Positions 1 to 10,701 of a stretch of 64,000 bases of DNA are shown in pieces; the stretch's first letter is position 1; each line of letters starts with the position of its first letter. The DNA comes from an uncultured Gammaproteobacteria bacterium (GTDB lineage Bacteria; Patescibacteriota; Microgenomatia; UBA8517; JACQJR01), in contig CAYTZB010000001.1 of NCBI GenBank assembly GCA_964442455.1, forward strand, positions 21,910-85,909. Reading direction: 5' to 3'. The notes under the pieces were generated by a model. The model was not told where the DNA came from and did no database searches. It saw only the letters and a program-made list of their open reading frames with translations. A program made the position numbers and the translations under genes.

Positions 1-1
1 T

Positions 2-358
2 GTTGGAAGTCGCTATGTTAAAGGAGGCGGAATGGCTAATAAAACAAGAGAAATATTAAGTTACCTCTTTAATATACTTGTACGAATAATAATTGGTAGT
101 CCAGTGCGTGACAACTTGAGCGGTTTTTTTGCTATTAGGCGGTCAGAGCTTGATAAACTTCCTTTAGACAAAATTTTTTTTGGGTATGGGGATTATTTCA
201 TAAGACTGATATATTTAGCTAAAAAACAAGGAAATACTTTTGCGGAACTCCCTTCTTTTTATAAGGATAGAGAATATGGGGCAAGCAAATCTCAATTCCT
301 AAAGATGTTTATTGATTATTTTCAATCTACACTTAACGTCCGATTTGGTGAGGTTTAA
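2..358 (+). CDS. 5'-truncated GT2, C-terminal part of a DPM1/GtrB/ArnC-like polyprenyl-phosphate glycosyltransferase.
   Basis: Frame continues open to window start (..GSRYVKGGGMANK..). 'SGFFAIRR' and 'GYGDYF' motifs are typical of GtrB/ArnC-type GT2 C-termini. Confidence 0.5.
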   Translation, partial: VGSRYVKGGGMANKTREILSYLFNILVRIIIGSPVRDNLSGFFAIRRSELDKLPLDKIFFGYGDYFIRLIYLAKKQGNTFAELPSFYKDREYGASKSQFLKMFIDYFQSTLNVRFGEV

Positions 359-376
359 TTATGATATACTTCTTTT

Positions 377-958
377 GTGGTTATTCCCCTTAATGTAAAA
401 CATTCGATAGAAATTACTAAGATTCATGAGAAAGCACTATATGGAGATTTTCTGCCTTCTTTAGGACAATCCTTTCTTCAAACATTTTATGAGGGTGTTA
501 TTGGCAAACCAGGGGTTTATGGATTTGCAACAGCCGAAAACGGGGGAATTAGAGGTTTTGTGGTTGGAACAAAAGATTCAAATAAATTTTTTTCTCTAGC
601 TCTTCACTCAAACCTTATAAAACTTGCTTTTCTGATTTTTGTGCAGCTTATTAAGAAGCCATTACTTATAAAAAATGTTGCTGAAACTTTCCTTTACCCC
701 AAAAAGGATATTGGGCCCAAAGCAGAGCTTGTTGTTATTGCAGTTGATGGGAATTATCAAGGGAAGGGTGTTGGAAAGCAGCTCGTTCGCGCTCTTGAGA
801 GGGCGTTTAAAAAAGATGGCATTCGTCGTTACAAAGTTACTGTGCATGCCGATAAAAGGGCGGTTGGGTTTTACGAACACCTTGGCTACTCTCGTACCTC
901 GAGCTTCGGACTTTATGGTAAAATATGGTTTGTCTATGCGAAAAAAATCTCCTCCTGA
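377..958 (+). CDS. GNAT-family N-acetyltransferase.
   Basis: Acetyl-CoA binding motif 'VIAVDGNYQGKGVGKQLVRALERAF' followed by 'GFYEHLGY'; 193 aa. Confidence 0.6.
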   Translation: MVIPLNVKHSIEITKIHEKALYGDFLPSLGQSFLQTFYEGVIGKPGVYGFATAENGGIRGFVVGTKDSNKFFSLALHSNLIKLAFLIFVQLIKKPLLIKNVAETFLYPKKDIGPKAELVVIAVDGNYQGKGVGKQLVRALERAFKKDGIRRYKVTVHADKRAVGFYEHLGYSRTSSFGLYGKIWFVYAKKISS

Positions 959-1727
959 TTATCTTACCCCGCTTCTTATAAAGGCTCCGGCGGCATGGGC
1001 TTTAATCCGTGCTAACGAGATACGAGCATTAGATAAAATAAATTTTGAATCGCCGGTTTTGGATGTAGGATGCGGCGATGGTTTAGTTGCCAAGGTTTTG
1101 CTGTCAAAAAGGAAAACAACGTTTGATTGGGGGATAGATATTTCTGAAAGAGAGGTACAAAAGGCAAAAAAGCTGAAGGTTTATAAAAATTGTAAAGTTG
1201 CCGACGTCTATTCATTGCCATTTGGAGATGAAACTTTCTCAACAGTTTTTTCTAATTCGGTAATTGAGCATATTCCCAATTTGGATAGAGCACTTTCTGA
1301 GATGTCCCGAGTTCTGAAGAGAAATGGACAACTAGTTATTACTGTTCCCTCACCCTATTTAGCTAAATATCTTGTTGGAACAAGAATGTTAGGTAACTGG
1401 TATGGTTTGTTTTTTAACAAACTCTTCAAGCACTACAATTTATATAATCATAAGCAATGGGCAAAAATTTTTAAGAAATACTCCTTAAAATTGGTTTTTT
1501 ATCACTACTATCATACGCCAGAAATGATTAGAGCTCATGAGTTGTTGTCCTATTTATCTCTTCCTGTTCACCTTGCAAAACCGTTTTTGGGGTACTGGCC
1601 TGTTTTCCCAAAAATGCGAAAAGTTTTTATTGTTCCTTGGTTAAGAAAAATACTTTATAGATTCTATCTTGATGATACAAAAATGGATAAAGGGGGATCT
1701 TTACTTCTTGTTGCTAAAAAATTCTAA
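936..1727 (+). CDS. Class I SAM-dependent methyltransferase (Methyltransf_11-like). Paralog of 24177..24965.
   Basis: 'VLDVGCGDG' motif I, then 'FSTVFSNSVIEHIPNL...VLKRNGQLVITVP'. The ORF-track start at 675 overlaps the GNAT gene; an ATG at 915 or 936 is more plausible. Confidence 0.65.
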   Translation: MRKKSPPDYLTPLLIKAPAAWALIRANEIRALDKINFESPVLDVGCGDGLVAKVLLSKRKTTFDWGIDISEREVQKAKKLKVYKNCKVADVYSLPFGDETFSTVFSNSVIEHIPNLDRALSEMSRVLKRNGQLVITVPSPYLAKYLVGTRMLGNWYGLFFNKLFKHYNLYNHKQWAKIFKKYSLKLVFYHYYHTPEMIRAHELLSYLSLPVHLAKPFLGYWPVFPKMRKVFIVPWLRKILYRFYLDDTKMDKGGSLLLVAKKF

Positions 1728-4339
1728 TGAAAGCTTTAAAAAAGTTTTTCAAAAATAACCTTTTCGTAATTTTTCTAATTTTTATCCTTACTTCTATCGC
1801 ATATGGGCAAACTCTTAAGATGTATTTTCTTATAGATGACAACGCATTAATTTATAAGCTTCAGCATATTAATGAGTACACAGGTTTTTGGGGAAAAGGG
1901 ATAATTGGAGAGGGTCCATATAGACACATTGTCGATCAATTTGTTCTCTTCTATCCCATTTTTGGCGTTAACACTGCTCCATACTTTATGGTAGGGGTAT
2001 TACTTTATTTTTTCGCAGGATTGGCATTATATATTTTTGTTAATTTTCTTACTAGAAATAAACTTATTGCTCTTGGTGCTTCTGCTATTTTTGCATCTGG
2101 GTATGTTGGTTCAGAAAGTATGTTTGGAATCGTAAATTCTTGGCAAACAACACGCGGAATTATTATGGCTCTTGTAACGTTTTTTCTATTTTATCATTAC
2201 ATAAAATCGAAAAATATAATTTTTTATTTACTTTCAGTAACTCTTTTCTTTTTCTCGCTTGACACAGTTTATATTCGCGCTCATGGATTAGTTTTCGCAA
2301 TTTTGTTTTTTGATATTCTGTTCTGGCCTGTTTTGCTCAAGGTGAGCTCCATAGTGCAATTTATTGTTAGGCAAACCCCTTTTTTGTTAATTCATTATTA
2401 TGTCTATTTTAGAGCCACCGCTTATGTTAAAAGTCTGGGAATCTTTGACTTTTTACACGATATTTTTGTTGATGGAAACTTCCTGATAGCTACAATACCA
2501 CTGCAAAATTTAGGGAATTTATTTATCCCAGATATGCTTACCTCTTATGTAAATAAAATAATCTCTGACTCTGTTGTTTTGCCAAATGAATTATCAATTG
2601 GATCAATTTTGGCAGGAATTTTTATTCTATTTTTATCCATTTACATTTTGTCAAGAAGTTACAAAAGTGAAAGATTTTTAAATAAAGTTTTAATATTTAG
2701 TCTCATTTTCTCTGTTGCAAATTTTATGGTTTTCTGGGCAAGAGAGACAAATCATACTCTTTGGACTACACATAGATATTTCCTTTATTCTTTTGTAGGG
2801 GTTTCTTTATTTTGGGCAACTGCTTTTTACCTAATATCAAAAAATTTAAGATTCAAAAATGCCCTGAAAGTTTTAACATTTACAGTTATTATCGTTTATT
2901 TATTTTTAGGCATAAATTATCAGAAAGAGTTTAACGAGCGCCGCAGTTTCCCCGCCCAAAAGTTTTTTTCAAGCTTTAAAAAATCGATGCCCAGTATTCC
3001 AAAAGAAGCAGTTATTTATTTTAATTTGATGAACGATAGGCGTATTCAAGGTGAATTTGGTAGCTTTTTTGGGGGAATGTTTTCAGAAGCAGGAAATCTT
3101 GCAATCCTTGGAGACGTTGATGATTACACAAGCGATTTTCTCGTCACATACGATATTAATGAAGTTAAAAGGTTTTTAGGCGAAGGCAAGACTAGTCTTG
3201 ATAAAGTTTTTACTTTTTACTACGGAGATGAAGGTTTAATTGATACCAGTCAAATTACGCGTGAGCTTTTGATAACCAGTAAGGAAATAACGTTAGATAC
3301 CCAACAGTTTTCTTCAAGTACATCCTTTAGAACTTCCGGTGGGGTTTTTACAACCAGCACACACTTTGAGGAATCAGGTGAATTTACAACAGGAGAAAAT
3401 CCCGTCGTGACAATTTCTGTTCCTGATAATACTCCTTCACTTGTTCCATCGGTTTTATCTTTTTCTATGAGTGTTAGTCCCAATATCACTCCATTACCAT
3501 ACCAAACAAAAGGTCAAAGTTTCGACATTGATAGCAAAGAGAAAAATAAAATTTTTTCTTATCTTTTATCACAAAATAATTTTCGCAAAACAGCAGTTGG
3601 TACTTCAGCCTCTTTTTGGAAAGAGCAAGAAGCTAAATTAGCGCTGGATGGGAGGCTTGAAACGGCATGGCGTGGACATAGGGGTTATTGGGATGACATT
3701 GATAGAAATATAACCCGCAACATTGAATATTTTCAGGTTGATTTAAGGCACATAGCAACTGTTGGACAAATAATGTGGGTTTCTGCCCAGCGCCCGCTTG
3801 TCCCGACCCATTATAAAATTTTAACGTCAACTGATGGTAAAGAGTGGCAGTTGGTGAAAGAGGTAACGGGCGGAAATGTGTTGCCCGAGGGAACAGTGAT
3901 CTTTGACTCTTTCAAACCAACACCCGCTCGATATTTGAAAATGGAGATACTCGCAACTTATGGCAATGACGGACCTGAAATAAAAGAGTTTGAAGTGCTT
4001 GAAAGCCGCTTTGCAGAATTAGACAGAAAAGTTGTTGAAAAAGTAAGGCAAGCTCCGTTTGCAGAGATAGAAACATTAAGCGATTTTAATAATGCTTGGG
4101 CATTCGTTCAACAAAATGCAAGTTTGCGGTTTTATTATCAGTCGAGCGCCGATGGCAAACAGGACGAGACAAGATATGTAGATATCCCTGTCGTTATTGA
4201 CGGTAAATTGCATCAGTACTCAATAGACCTTCCGGCAACAGGGATTAACTGGACACAATTTACAATTGGCGGCTTTAACTTTCCGGCAGAAATTAAAATT
4301 AGTTCACCAAGTATTATCTACAAAACTATACAGAAGTGA
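1727..4339 (+). CDS. Large polytopic membrane protein (putative GT-C fold glycosyltransferase) with Ser/Thr-rich linker and C-terminal F5/8 type C (discoidin) domain.
   Basis: About 12 N-terminal hydrophobic helices. C-terminus 'ETAWRGHRGYWDD...FQVDLRHIATVGQIMW...YKILTSTDGKEWQ...ARYLKMEILATYGNDGPEIKEFEV' matches discoidin/galactose-binding-like domains. Confidence 0.55.
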   Translation: MKALKKFFKNNLFVIFLIFILTSIAYGQTLKMYFLIDDNALIYKLQHINEYTGFWGKGIIGEGPYRHIVDQFVLFYPIFGVNTAPYFMVGVLLYFFAGLALYIFVNFLTRNKLIALGASAIFASGYVGSESMFGIVNSWQTTRGIIMALVTFFLFYHYIKSKNIIFYLLSVTLFFFSLDTVYIRAHGLVFAILFFDILFWPVLLKVSSIVQFIVRQTPFLLIHYYVYFRATAYVKSLGIFDFLHDIFVDGNFLIATIPLQNLGNLFIPDMLTSYVNKIISDSVVLPNELSIGSILAGIFILFLSIYILSRSYKSERFLNKVLIFSLIFSVANFMVFWARETNHTLWTTHRYFLYSFVGVSLFWATAFYLISKNLRFKNALKVLTFTVIIVYLFLGINYQKEFNERRSFPAQKFFSSFKKSMPSIPKEAVIYFNLMNDRRIQGEFGSFFGGMFSEAGNLAILGDVDDYTSDFLVTYDINEVKRFLGEGKTSLDKVFTFYYGDEGLIDTSQITRELLITSKEITLDTQQFSSSTSFRTSGGVFTTSTHFEESGEFTTGENPVVTISVPDNTPSLVPSVLSFSMSVSPNITPLPYQTKGQSFDIDSKEKNKIFSYLLSQNNFRKTAVGTSASFWKEQEAKLALDGRLETAWRGHRGYWDDIDRNITRNIEYFQVDLRHIATVGQIMWVSAQRPLVPTHYKILTSTDGKEWQLVKEVTGGNVLPEGTVIFDSFKPTPARYLKMEILATYGNDGPEIKEFEVLESRFAELDRKVVEKVRQAPFAEIETLSDFNNAWAFVQQNASLRFYYQSSADGKQDETRYVDIPVVIDGKLHQYSIDLPATGINWTQFTIGGFNFPAEIKISSPSIIYKTIQK

Positions 4340-6966
4340 AGAAACGTACTATCTCTTTAAGTTTGACAATCCTGGCTTTAATAATAGCCCTTAGCTTTGG
4401 TCAGGCAATCCAGTTTACTCTTTGGCAGGATGATAATGCTTTAATTTTTAAGCTTCAACATTTAGAAGAACAAGCTGGTGTCTTTGGGCCTGGACCAGCT
4501 GGACTTGGTGCGTATCGCTACGTTGTACTCCCATACATTCCAATTTATAAAGTTTTTGGAATGAACATACCTAATTTTTATTTGTATACACTTTTCTTTT
4601 ACTTTCTCGCCGCAGCATCGGTTTTTTTGTTAACGAAATATTTAACGAAAAATAATATTGTTGCTTTGTTGTCGTGCGCAATTTTTTCTGCCGGATTTAT
4701 CGGCTCTGAAGGGATACTTAGACTTTTTAACGGTGTTCAAACAAGCTACAGCGTTTTTTTCGTGAGTTCATTCTTCTTGTTACTTTACCGGTTTATTAAG
4801 ACAAAGCACGCTATTTATTATTTCTTAGGATTATTGTTTTACTTTATTGCTCTGGAAACAGCTTTTATTCGTACGCAATATTTAATTTTACCGACCGTAA
4901 TTTTTTTTATTTTGTTTCTGGATTGGGGGAAACGGCCCTTTATTTCTTTAGAAACAAACTTGTTTATTCTAAAAAATATATTTTTAGTTGTACCCTTTTT
5001 ATTTATTTATCGTTTTGTTTTTTTGCGTAGCTCCGATGCAAGGGCCGATTTGGTTAAGGATTATGTTATGGGCATACTAAATGGAAATTTAGACTACACT
5101 CATAGTTTTTTTGGGACATTGGGAAGTATTATTTTACCTGATCCTATTACAAACTTCTTGTTTGATGCTATTGGTAATCTCAGCTTAGATTACACAAATC
5201 GCTTGTTGATGTTGGAGCTTTTATTCTTGGGGATAAGCTTTATTATTATTAATTTTGTTTTTAAAAATATCCCCAAGATTACTCGTGTCCTAATCTTTTT
5301 TCCTTTGGTAATTTGGTTTGTCTTAGGAATGATTTACTTTCAAAACTCGGAGAAGATATTTGTCCATTCGGAAATTGTAGATACCCTTGGAGTTTTTGCG
5401 AATTTTGTTGGAGGACTGTTTATTATTATTTCAACCTCTATTTTGATAACAGCATTCAAGAAAACCGCGACCCGTAATGAACAAGTGGGAAAACTTTCTT
5501 TATTCCTTTTATCATGGCTTTTAGCAAATATACTGGCATATTCAATTTATCTACCGTTTTCTCCTCTTGAAAGTATAAATCGTTATCTTGTCCACTCCTT
5601 AGCAGCTTACGCAATATTTATCCCATTGTTTTTATATTATGCTTGGGGAAGAAGAGTTACTATTGTTCTCTCAAGTTTTATTGTTTTGACAAATATTTTT
5701 TGGTCTTTAGATTACCAACAAAGATTCATAGTTGAGAGGACGGTTCCTACACGTATTTTTTATCAAGATTTAAGGAAATTTATTCCAGAATTGTCAAAGG
5801 GTGCAGTTGTTTATTTTGATGTTGCAAATGATAAAGTTTCCGAGCAGCAATTTCGCGATTTTTTTTCAGTTGGCTCTATGCCCGACGAAACTGCAATAGC
5901 TATAAGGTATGGTATTGATAGATATGATTTCAAAATAACTAAAGATTTTAATGAATTCCTTTCCCTTATTCAAGATAAATCTTTAGATCTTACTTTTTCA
6001 TTTTTTTACGATTCCACTGGTTTAAAAAATACAACCAAAATAATGAGAGTGAATTTAGTTGGCAAAGAAGTCGAAATTGACAGTAAAAATTTAAGCAATT
6101 TATCTTTAGTGACACCAGGTATATTGGAATTTAGTGCTAAAGTCATTCCAAAGATTAGTATTAAACAAAACTGCCCAAATTTTCCCGGGGACAGAGTAAA
6201 TCTTTTTAACTACCTTTTGGCTCGTGATAATTTTTATAAAAATGTTAAGGTTCAAACAAGCTCCCAGGAGAAATATCAGGCAAATGATTTTTTGAAAGAT
6301 GGTAAGTTTAATACATTATGGAGAGGTAGTAGAGGATGGTGGCATGAGAATAAGAAAGAAATAGTGACAGTTGATTTAGGAAGTCCAAAAAAAATTAATC
6401 AATTAGTCTGGATTAATGGCTATGCAAATTCTACACCCACAAAATATAAGATAGAAGTATCATTAAATGGAGAGAACTGGGATGTAGTAAGGAGAGTAGA
6501 TTCTGGTGCCAGGAAGGAAAACACAGGCCTAGTTACAGATAATTTCGAAACTTTCAAAGCCCGTTACATTAGACTAATAATAGAGGAAACTTTTGACAAT
6601 GACGCTCCTGCAATTGGTGAAATTGAGGTTGTCGAGGAAGACTTTGAAGGTATTAATAAAGAGAAAATAGAGAAACTAAAAGAAATTGCTCTTTGTGCAA
6701 ATAATCTGGAGTCTTTAAATAGTGTTAATCAGTTCATAAATAAAATTGGCATAGAAGGAGTAGTTTCCTGGAAGACAGACAAGAGTAACGACAATGTTGT
6801 TAGATTAAGTCTCCAAGCAGATGGTCTTTATCATAGCTACAAAGTTTTTTTGCCAGCAGGGGGTACTAAACTAAACGATTTAGTAATTGAACCTTGGGTA
6901 GTACCAGTGGACATTTCTGTAATTGGTTTAAAACTTATCTATCCAAATAATCTGAAAACAGATTGA
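4336..6966 (+). CDS. Tandem paralog of 1727..4339: polytopic membrane protein (putative GT-C) with C-terminal discoidin domain.
   Basis: The N-terminal regions align ('DDNALIFKLQHLEE' versus 'DDNALIYKLQHINE'). C-terminal discoidin signature 'NTLWRGSRGWWHENKKEIVTVDLG...YKIEVSLNGENWD...ARYIRLIIEETFDNDAPAIGEIEV'. ATGA overlap with the upstream gene. Confidence 0.55.
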   Translation: MKKRTISLSLTILALIIALSFGQAIQFTLWQDDNALIFKLQHLEEQAGVFGPGPAGLGAYRYVVLPYIPIYKVFGMNIPNFYLYTLFFYFLAAASVFLLTKYLTKNNIVALLSCAIFSAGFIGSEGILRLFNGVQTSYSVFFVSSFFLLLYRFIKTKHAIYYFLGLLFYFIALETAFIRTQYLILPTVIFFILFLDWGKRPFISLETNLFILKNIFLVVPFLFIYRFVFLRSSDARADLVKDYVMGILNGNLDYTHSFFGTLGSIILPDPITNFLFDAIGNLSLDYTNRLLMLELLFLGISFIIINFVFKNIPKITRVLIFFPLVIWFVLGMIYFQNSEKIFVHSEIVDTLGVFANFVGGLFIIISTSILITAFKKTATRNEQVGKLSLFLLSWLLANILAYSIYLPFSPLESINRYLVHSLAAYAIFIPLFLYYAWGRRVTIVLSSFIVLTNIFWSLDYQQRFIVERTVPTRIFYQDLRKFIPELSKGAVVYFDVANDKVSEQQFRDFFSVGSMPDETAIAIRYGIDRYDFKITKDFNEFLSLIQDKSLDLTFSFFYDSTGLKNTTKIMRVNLVGKEVEIDSKNLSNLSLVTPGILEFSAKVIPKISIKQNCPNFPGDRVNLFNYLLARDNFYKNVKVQTSSQEKYQANDFLKDGKFNTLWRGSRGWWHENKKEIVTVDLGSPKKINQLVWINGYANSTPTKYKIEVSLNGENWDVVRRVDSGARKENTGLVTDNFETFKARYIRLIIEETFDNDAPAIGEIEVVEEDFEGINKEKIEKLKEIALCANNLESLNSVNQFINKIGIEGVVSWKTDKSNDNVVRLSLQADGLYHSYKVFLPAGGTKLNDLVIEPWVVPVDISVIGLKLIYPNNLKTD

Positions 6967-6997
6967 CTAGTGTAGAATGTCTTGTTAAACTCTTAAC

Positions 6998-7987
6998 GTG
7001 ACTCATGATATAGCAATTGTAGGTTACGGATACTGGGGGCCGAACCTTTTAAGGACCTTTATAAATATTCCAGATTGTACTGTACGTTATTGTTGCGATA
7101 TTGATGAAAAAAATCTGCAAGAAGTCAAGAGAAGATATCCTCATGTTCTGACCACTACTGATTTTAAAGAGATAATTTCTGATAGTAATATTGACGGTGT
7201 AGTTTTGGCAACACCAACGAATTCGCATTTTTTGTTAGCACAGCAGGCGATAAATGCCGGCAAGGATGTTTTGGTTGAAAAGCCAATGTCCACTACTTCC
7301 CAAGAAGCTCGAAAACTTGTTAGCTTGGCCCAAAAAACAAAAAGAATCTTGATGGTTGACTATGTCCTTTTGTTCAGCCCTGCAGTATTAAAAATTAAAG
7401 AATTGATAGACAAGGGAGAAATTGGAGAGATTCTGTACATCGATTCTACACGGACAAATTTAGGTCTTTTTCAAAAAGACAGTAATGTAATTTTTGATTT
7501 AGCATCCCATGAATTTTCAATAGTTCAGTTTATTTTAGGAACAAAACCAACAAAAGTAAGTGCAACTGGTAAATCACATATAAATGATCAGGTAGATGTT
7601 GCTTATATTACAGCAGAGTATCAGAAAAATATTATTGCGCATGTTCATATTAGTTGGCTTTCTCCGGTTAAAGTTAGGAGAATGCTTATTGTCGGAAGCA
7701 AAAAAATGATAGTTTATGATGATAACGAATCATCGGAAAAGATTAAGGTTTATGATAAAGGTATAGTTAGAGAGAAATCTCACAACGAGAATGGGCAAAT
7801 TGAGATAGGTTATAGATTTGGTGATGTCTGGTTGCCCCATATAGAAACAATTGATCCATTGACCTTTATGGCTCAGAGTTTTATTGATGCGGTTTCAAGT
7901 CGCAAAGTAACAAGAAGCGACGGAAAATTCGGCGCGGAAATTGTTGAAATTTTAGAAAGAGCAACTAAATTGCTTAACGCAAAGTAG
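6998..7987 (+). CDS. Gfo/Idh/MocA-family NAD(P)-dependent sugar oxidoreductase (WbpB/WlbA-like).
   Basis: N-terminal Rossmann motif '[12 protein letters not shown]', then 'EKPM' and the C-terminal GFO_IDH_MocA_C region. GTG start. Confidence 0.7.
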   Translation: MTHDIAIVGYGYWGPNLLRTFINIPDCTVRYCCDIDEKNLQEVKRRYPHVLTTTDFKEIISDSNIDGVVLATPTNSHFLLAQQAINAGKDVLVEKPMSTTSQEARKLVSLAQKTKRILMVDYVLLFSPAVLKIKELIDKGEIGEILYIDSTRTNLGLFQKDSNVIFDLASHEFSIVQFILGTKPTKVSATGKSHINDQVDVAYITAEYQKNIIAHVHISWLSPVKVRRMLIVGSKKMIVYDDNESSEKIKVYDKGIVREKSHNENGQIEIGYRFGDVWLPHIETIDPLTFMAQSFIDAVSSRKVTRSDGKFGAEIVEILERATKLLNAK

Positions 7988-7994
7988 AACAAAA

Positions 7995-8471
7995 ATGATA
8001 ACAAAGGACGTTAAACTCGGGAAAAACGTAAAGATTTATCATCCAGAACTTGTTAATTTATATGGTTGCAAAATTGGTGCGGGTTGTATTATTGGTTCTT
8101 TTGTGGAAATTGGAAGAAATGTAAGTATAGGCCGCCGAGTTAAAATACAAGCTTTTGTATATATACCTGAAGGAGTAACCATTGAGGATGAAGTTTTTAT
8201 TAGTCCCCATGTATGCTTTACAAACGATAAATATCCAAGATCAACAAATCCTGATGGATCTTTGAAAAATGCCCAAGAGTGGGAAGTTATCCCAACTAGA
8301 GTTTGTAAGGGGGCATCGATTGGGGCTAATAGCACAATTATTTGTGGGGTTACAGTTGGAGAGGGAGCAATTGTCGGTGCAGGAAGTGTAGTGACTCACG
8401 ATGTTTTGCCATGGACCATTGTTGCTGGAAACCCCGCCCGCCTGATCCGTAAAATCAAGATCTCAAAATGA
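7995..8471 (+). CDS. Hexapeptide-repeat (left-handed beta-helix) sugar N-acetyltransferase (WbpD/WlbB-like).
   Basis: Repeated [LIV]-G-x-x-x-x hexapeptides ('[25 protein letters not shown]', '[28 protein letters not shown]'); 158 aa. Confidence 0.7.
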   Translation: MITKDVKLGKNVKIYHPELVNLYGCKIGAGCIIGSFVEIGRNVSIGRRVKIQAFVYIPEGVTIEDEVFISPHVCFTNDKYPRSTNPDGSLKNAQEWEVIPTRVCKGASIGANSTIICGVTVGEGAIVGAGSVVTHDVLPWTIVAGNPARLIRKIKISK

Positions 8472-9571
8472 AAATTCCGCTTGTTGACCTTGTAAGGCAG
8501 TATAAAAATTTAAAGGTCGAAATTGATAGTGTAGTTAAAAAAACATTCTCTAATGGTGATTTTATTCTGGGAGAAAATGTTACCGAGTTTGAAAAGGAGT
8601 TTGCACGCTTTTGTGGAGTTAATTATTGTGTTGGTGTTGCTTCGGGTACAGACGCCTTGCTCTTGTCGCTCCGTGCTTTAGGTATAGGAGCAGGGGACGA
8701 AGTTATTGCTCCCTCTTTTACTTTCATTGCCACAGTCCTGCCAACTATTTATCTTGGAGCAAAACCCGTGCTTGTTGATATTAACCCCGATACCTACCAG
8801 ATAGACGTAAGAAAAATAGAGCAAGTAATTACCAAAATGACAAAGGTGATAATTCCTGTCCACTTATTTGGCATGCCGGCTCCAATGTTGGAAATAAAAA
8901 AAATTGCCAAGAAATATAGACTGTATATTGTTGAAGATGCGTGCCAAGCACATGGAGCCTCTATTAACGGTAAAAAATGCGGTTCATTTGGGGATTTAGC
9001 AGCTTTTTCTTTTTATCCCAGCAAGGCTCTAGGAGCTTCGGGAGATGCCGGTGCTATTGTTACAAATAGTAAAAAGCTTGGAAATAACATTCGAGCGATG
9101 CGTAATGTAGGACAATTTAAAAAGTATAAACATGACATATTGGGTTATAACTCGAGACTTGATACATTGCAAGCCGGAGTTCTTTTGGTAAAGCTTAAGA
9201 AACTAGAAGAATGGAACGCCAAGAGAAAGAGATTATTCCAACTTTATAATAAACTTCTCTCGGGCTTACCAATTATTTTGCCGCCTACAACTGAGGATGG
9301 GTTTTCGCCAAATTATCTTATTTATACAATAAGAGTTAAAAAGAGAGATAAACTTTTAGATTTTCTGGCAAAATCTGGTATTAGCTGTGTAGTTTATTAC
9401 CCAATTCCTATTCATTTACAAAAAGCACTAGCACATTTGGGTTACAAAAAAGGTGATTTTCCAAATGCAGAAAGAGCGGCTCGTGAAGTTTTGTCGCTGC
9501 CTTTATACCCAGAACTCCAAGAAATAGAAATTAGATACGTTTGTAGTCGGATAAAGGAGTTCTTTAAATGA
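8468..9571 (+). CDS. DegT/DnrJ/EryC1/StrS-family PLP-dependent sugar aminotransferase (WbpE/WlbC-like).
   Basis: '[14 protein letters not shown]', '[22 protein letters not shown]' (PLP-lysine region) and a C-terminal 'SLPLYPEL' region; 367 aa. Confidence 0.8.
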   Translation: MKIPLVDLVRQYKNLKVEIDSVVKKTFSNGDFILGENVTEFEKEFARFCGVNYCVGVASGTDALLLSLRALGIGAGDEVIAPSFTFIATVLPTIYLGAKPVLVDINPDTYQIDVRKIEQVITKMTKVIIPVHLFGMPAPMLEIKKIAKKYRLYIVEDACQAHGASINGKKCGSFGDLAAFSFYPSKALGASGDAGAIVTNSKKLGNNIRAMRNVGQFKKYKHDILGYNSRLDTLQAGVLLVKLKKLEEWNAKRKRLFQLYNKLLSGLPIILPPTTEDGFSPNYLIYTIRVKKRDKLLDFLAKSGISCVVYYPIPIHLQKALAHLGYKKGDFPNAERAAREVLSLPLYPELQEIEIRYVCSRIKEFFK

Positions 9572-10701
9572 AAATTCCACTTCATAGACCCTATTTTGAC
9601 AGTCTGGAAGAAAGAGCAATAGTTCAAGTTTTGCGCTCTGGTTGGGTAACACAAGGGCCGAAGGTTGAAGAATTTGAAGACGCTGTTTGCAAATACACGG
9701 GTTCTAAATATGCGGTTGCCACAACATCCTGCACAACCGCTCTTTTTATGAGTCTTCATATGTTGGGCATTGGTCGGGGAGATGAAGTAATTGTTCCTTC
9801 TTTAACTTTTATCGCAACTGCAAATGTTGTTGTTCATACCGGCGCAAAGCCCGTTTTTGTTGATATTGACCCGGAGACCTACAATATAAATCCTGGGAAG
9901 ATAAATGAGAAAATAACGAAAAGAACCCGTGCTATCATTCCTGTTGACCAAGTTGGACTTCCTTCTGATTTGGATAAGATTTACCAGTTAGCCAGAAAGC
10001 ATAAATTATTTGTAGTTGAGGATGCCGCTTGTGCTCTTGGAAGTAAATATCACGGAAAAAGAGTTGGTGGTTTTGGCCAGATTTCCTGTGTTAGCTTTCA
10101 TCCTAGAAAAACAATAACTACAGGGGAAGGCGGGATGATTTTAACCAATAACAAAGATTGGGCCGATAAATTGCGCATTTTACGTCATCAAGGGATGTCT
10201 ATTTCGGATGTTACGCGCCACAAAGCAAAGAGCATTATTTTTGAGAAATATCCGGTTGTTGGATATAATTTTCGTATGTCTGATTTGCAAGCCGCAGTTG
10301 GAGTGGAACAAATGAAAAAATTACCTGAAATATTAGAGAGAAGAGCAAATCTTGCTAAGCGATACACAAAAAACTTCTTGGAGACTAAGTTTATAATTCC
10401 CCCATATGTTCCTCCTGGCTATACACATAATTGGCAGTCTTATGTTATTAGAATTCGTAAAAATCGAAAAATCGAGAGAGGCGATCTTATGCAGAAATTA
10501 CTAGATGTAGGTATTGCAACTCGCATTGGCGTTATGGCAGCACACCTTGAAAAACCTTACAGAATGATGTATCCAAAGCTTGTTCTACCTGAAACAGAAA
10601 TAGCGGCAAGAGAAACTATAACAATTCCTCTTTATTTTCAAATGACAGAAAAAGAGCAAGACTATGTGATTGAAAAAATTTTAGGCTTTACGGAGGGTTG
10701 A
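9568..10701 (+). CDS. Second DegT-family sugar aminotransferase (tandem paralog).
   Basis: 'GDEVIVPSLTFIATANVV', 'SFHPRKTITTGEGGMILTN' and 'TIPLYFQMTEKEQDYVIEKI'. ATGA overlap with the upstream gene. Confidence 0.8.
   Translation: MKIPLHRPYFDSLEERAIVQVLRSGWVTQGPKVEEFEDAVCKYTGSKYAVATTSCTTALFMSLHMLGIGRGDEVIVPSLTFIATANVVVHTGAKPVFVDIDPETYNINPGKINEKITKRTRAIIPVDQVGLPSDLDKIYQLARKHKLFVVEDAACALGSKYHGKRVGGFGQISCVSFHPRKTITTGEGGMILTNNKDWADKLRILRHQGMSISDVTRHKAKSIIFEKYPVVGYNFRMSDLQAAVGVEQMKKLPEILERRANLAKRYTKNFLETKFIIPPYVPPGYTHNWQSYVIRIRKNRKIERGDLMQKLLDVGIATRIGVMAAHLEKPYRMMYPKLVLPETEIAARETITIPLYFQMTEKEQDYVIEKILGFTEG

Noticed and set aside
662-880. Numerous 60-160-aa ORFs antisense or out of frame inside the large genes. 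Examples are 662..880, 1012..1242, 3250..3489, 8039..8335, 15375..15608, 17408..17677, 28165..28485, 37042..38408, 49595..50418, 54807..55492, 56353..56792, 57840..58268, 62413..62988 and 63508..63696.
   Set aside because: Each lies entirely within a longer ORF that has clear domain signatures. They have no start context and look like translation artefacts.
675-935. N-terminal extensions of ORF-track calls that overlap the upstream gene. These are 675..935, 27275..27310, 52754..52819 and 54199..54249.
   Set aside because: An internal ATG at or near the upstream stop codon (936, 27311, 52820, 54250) gives a conventional ATGA or short overlap. The extension regions carry no conserved motifs.
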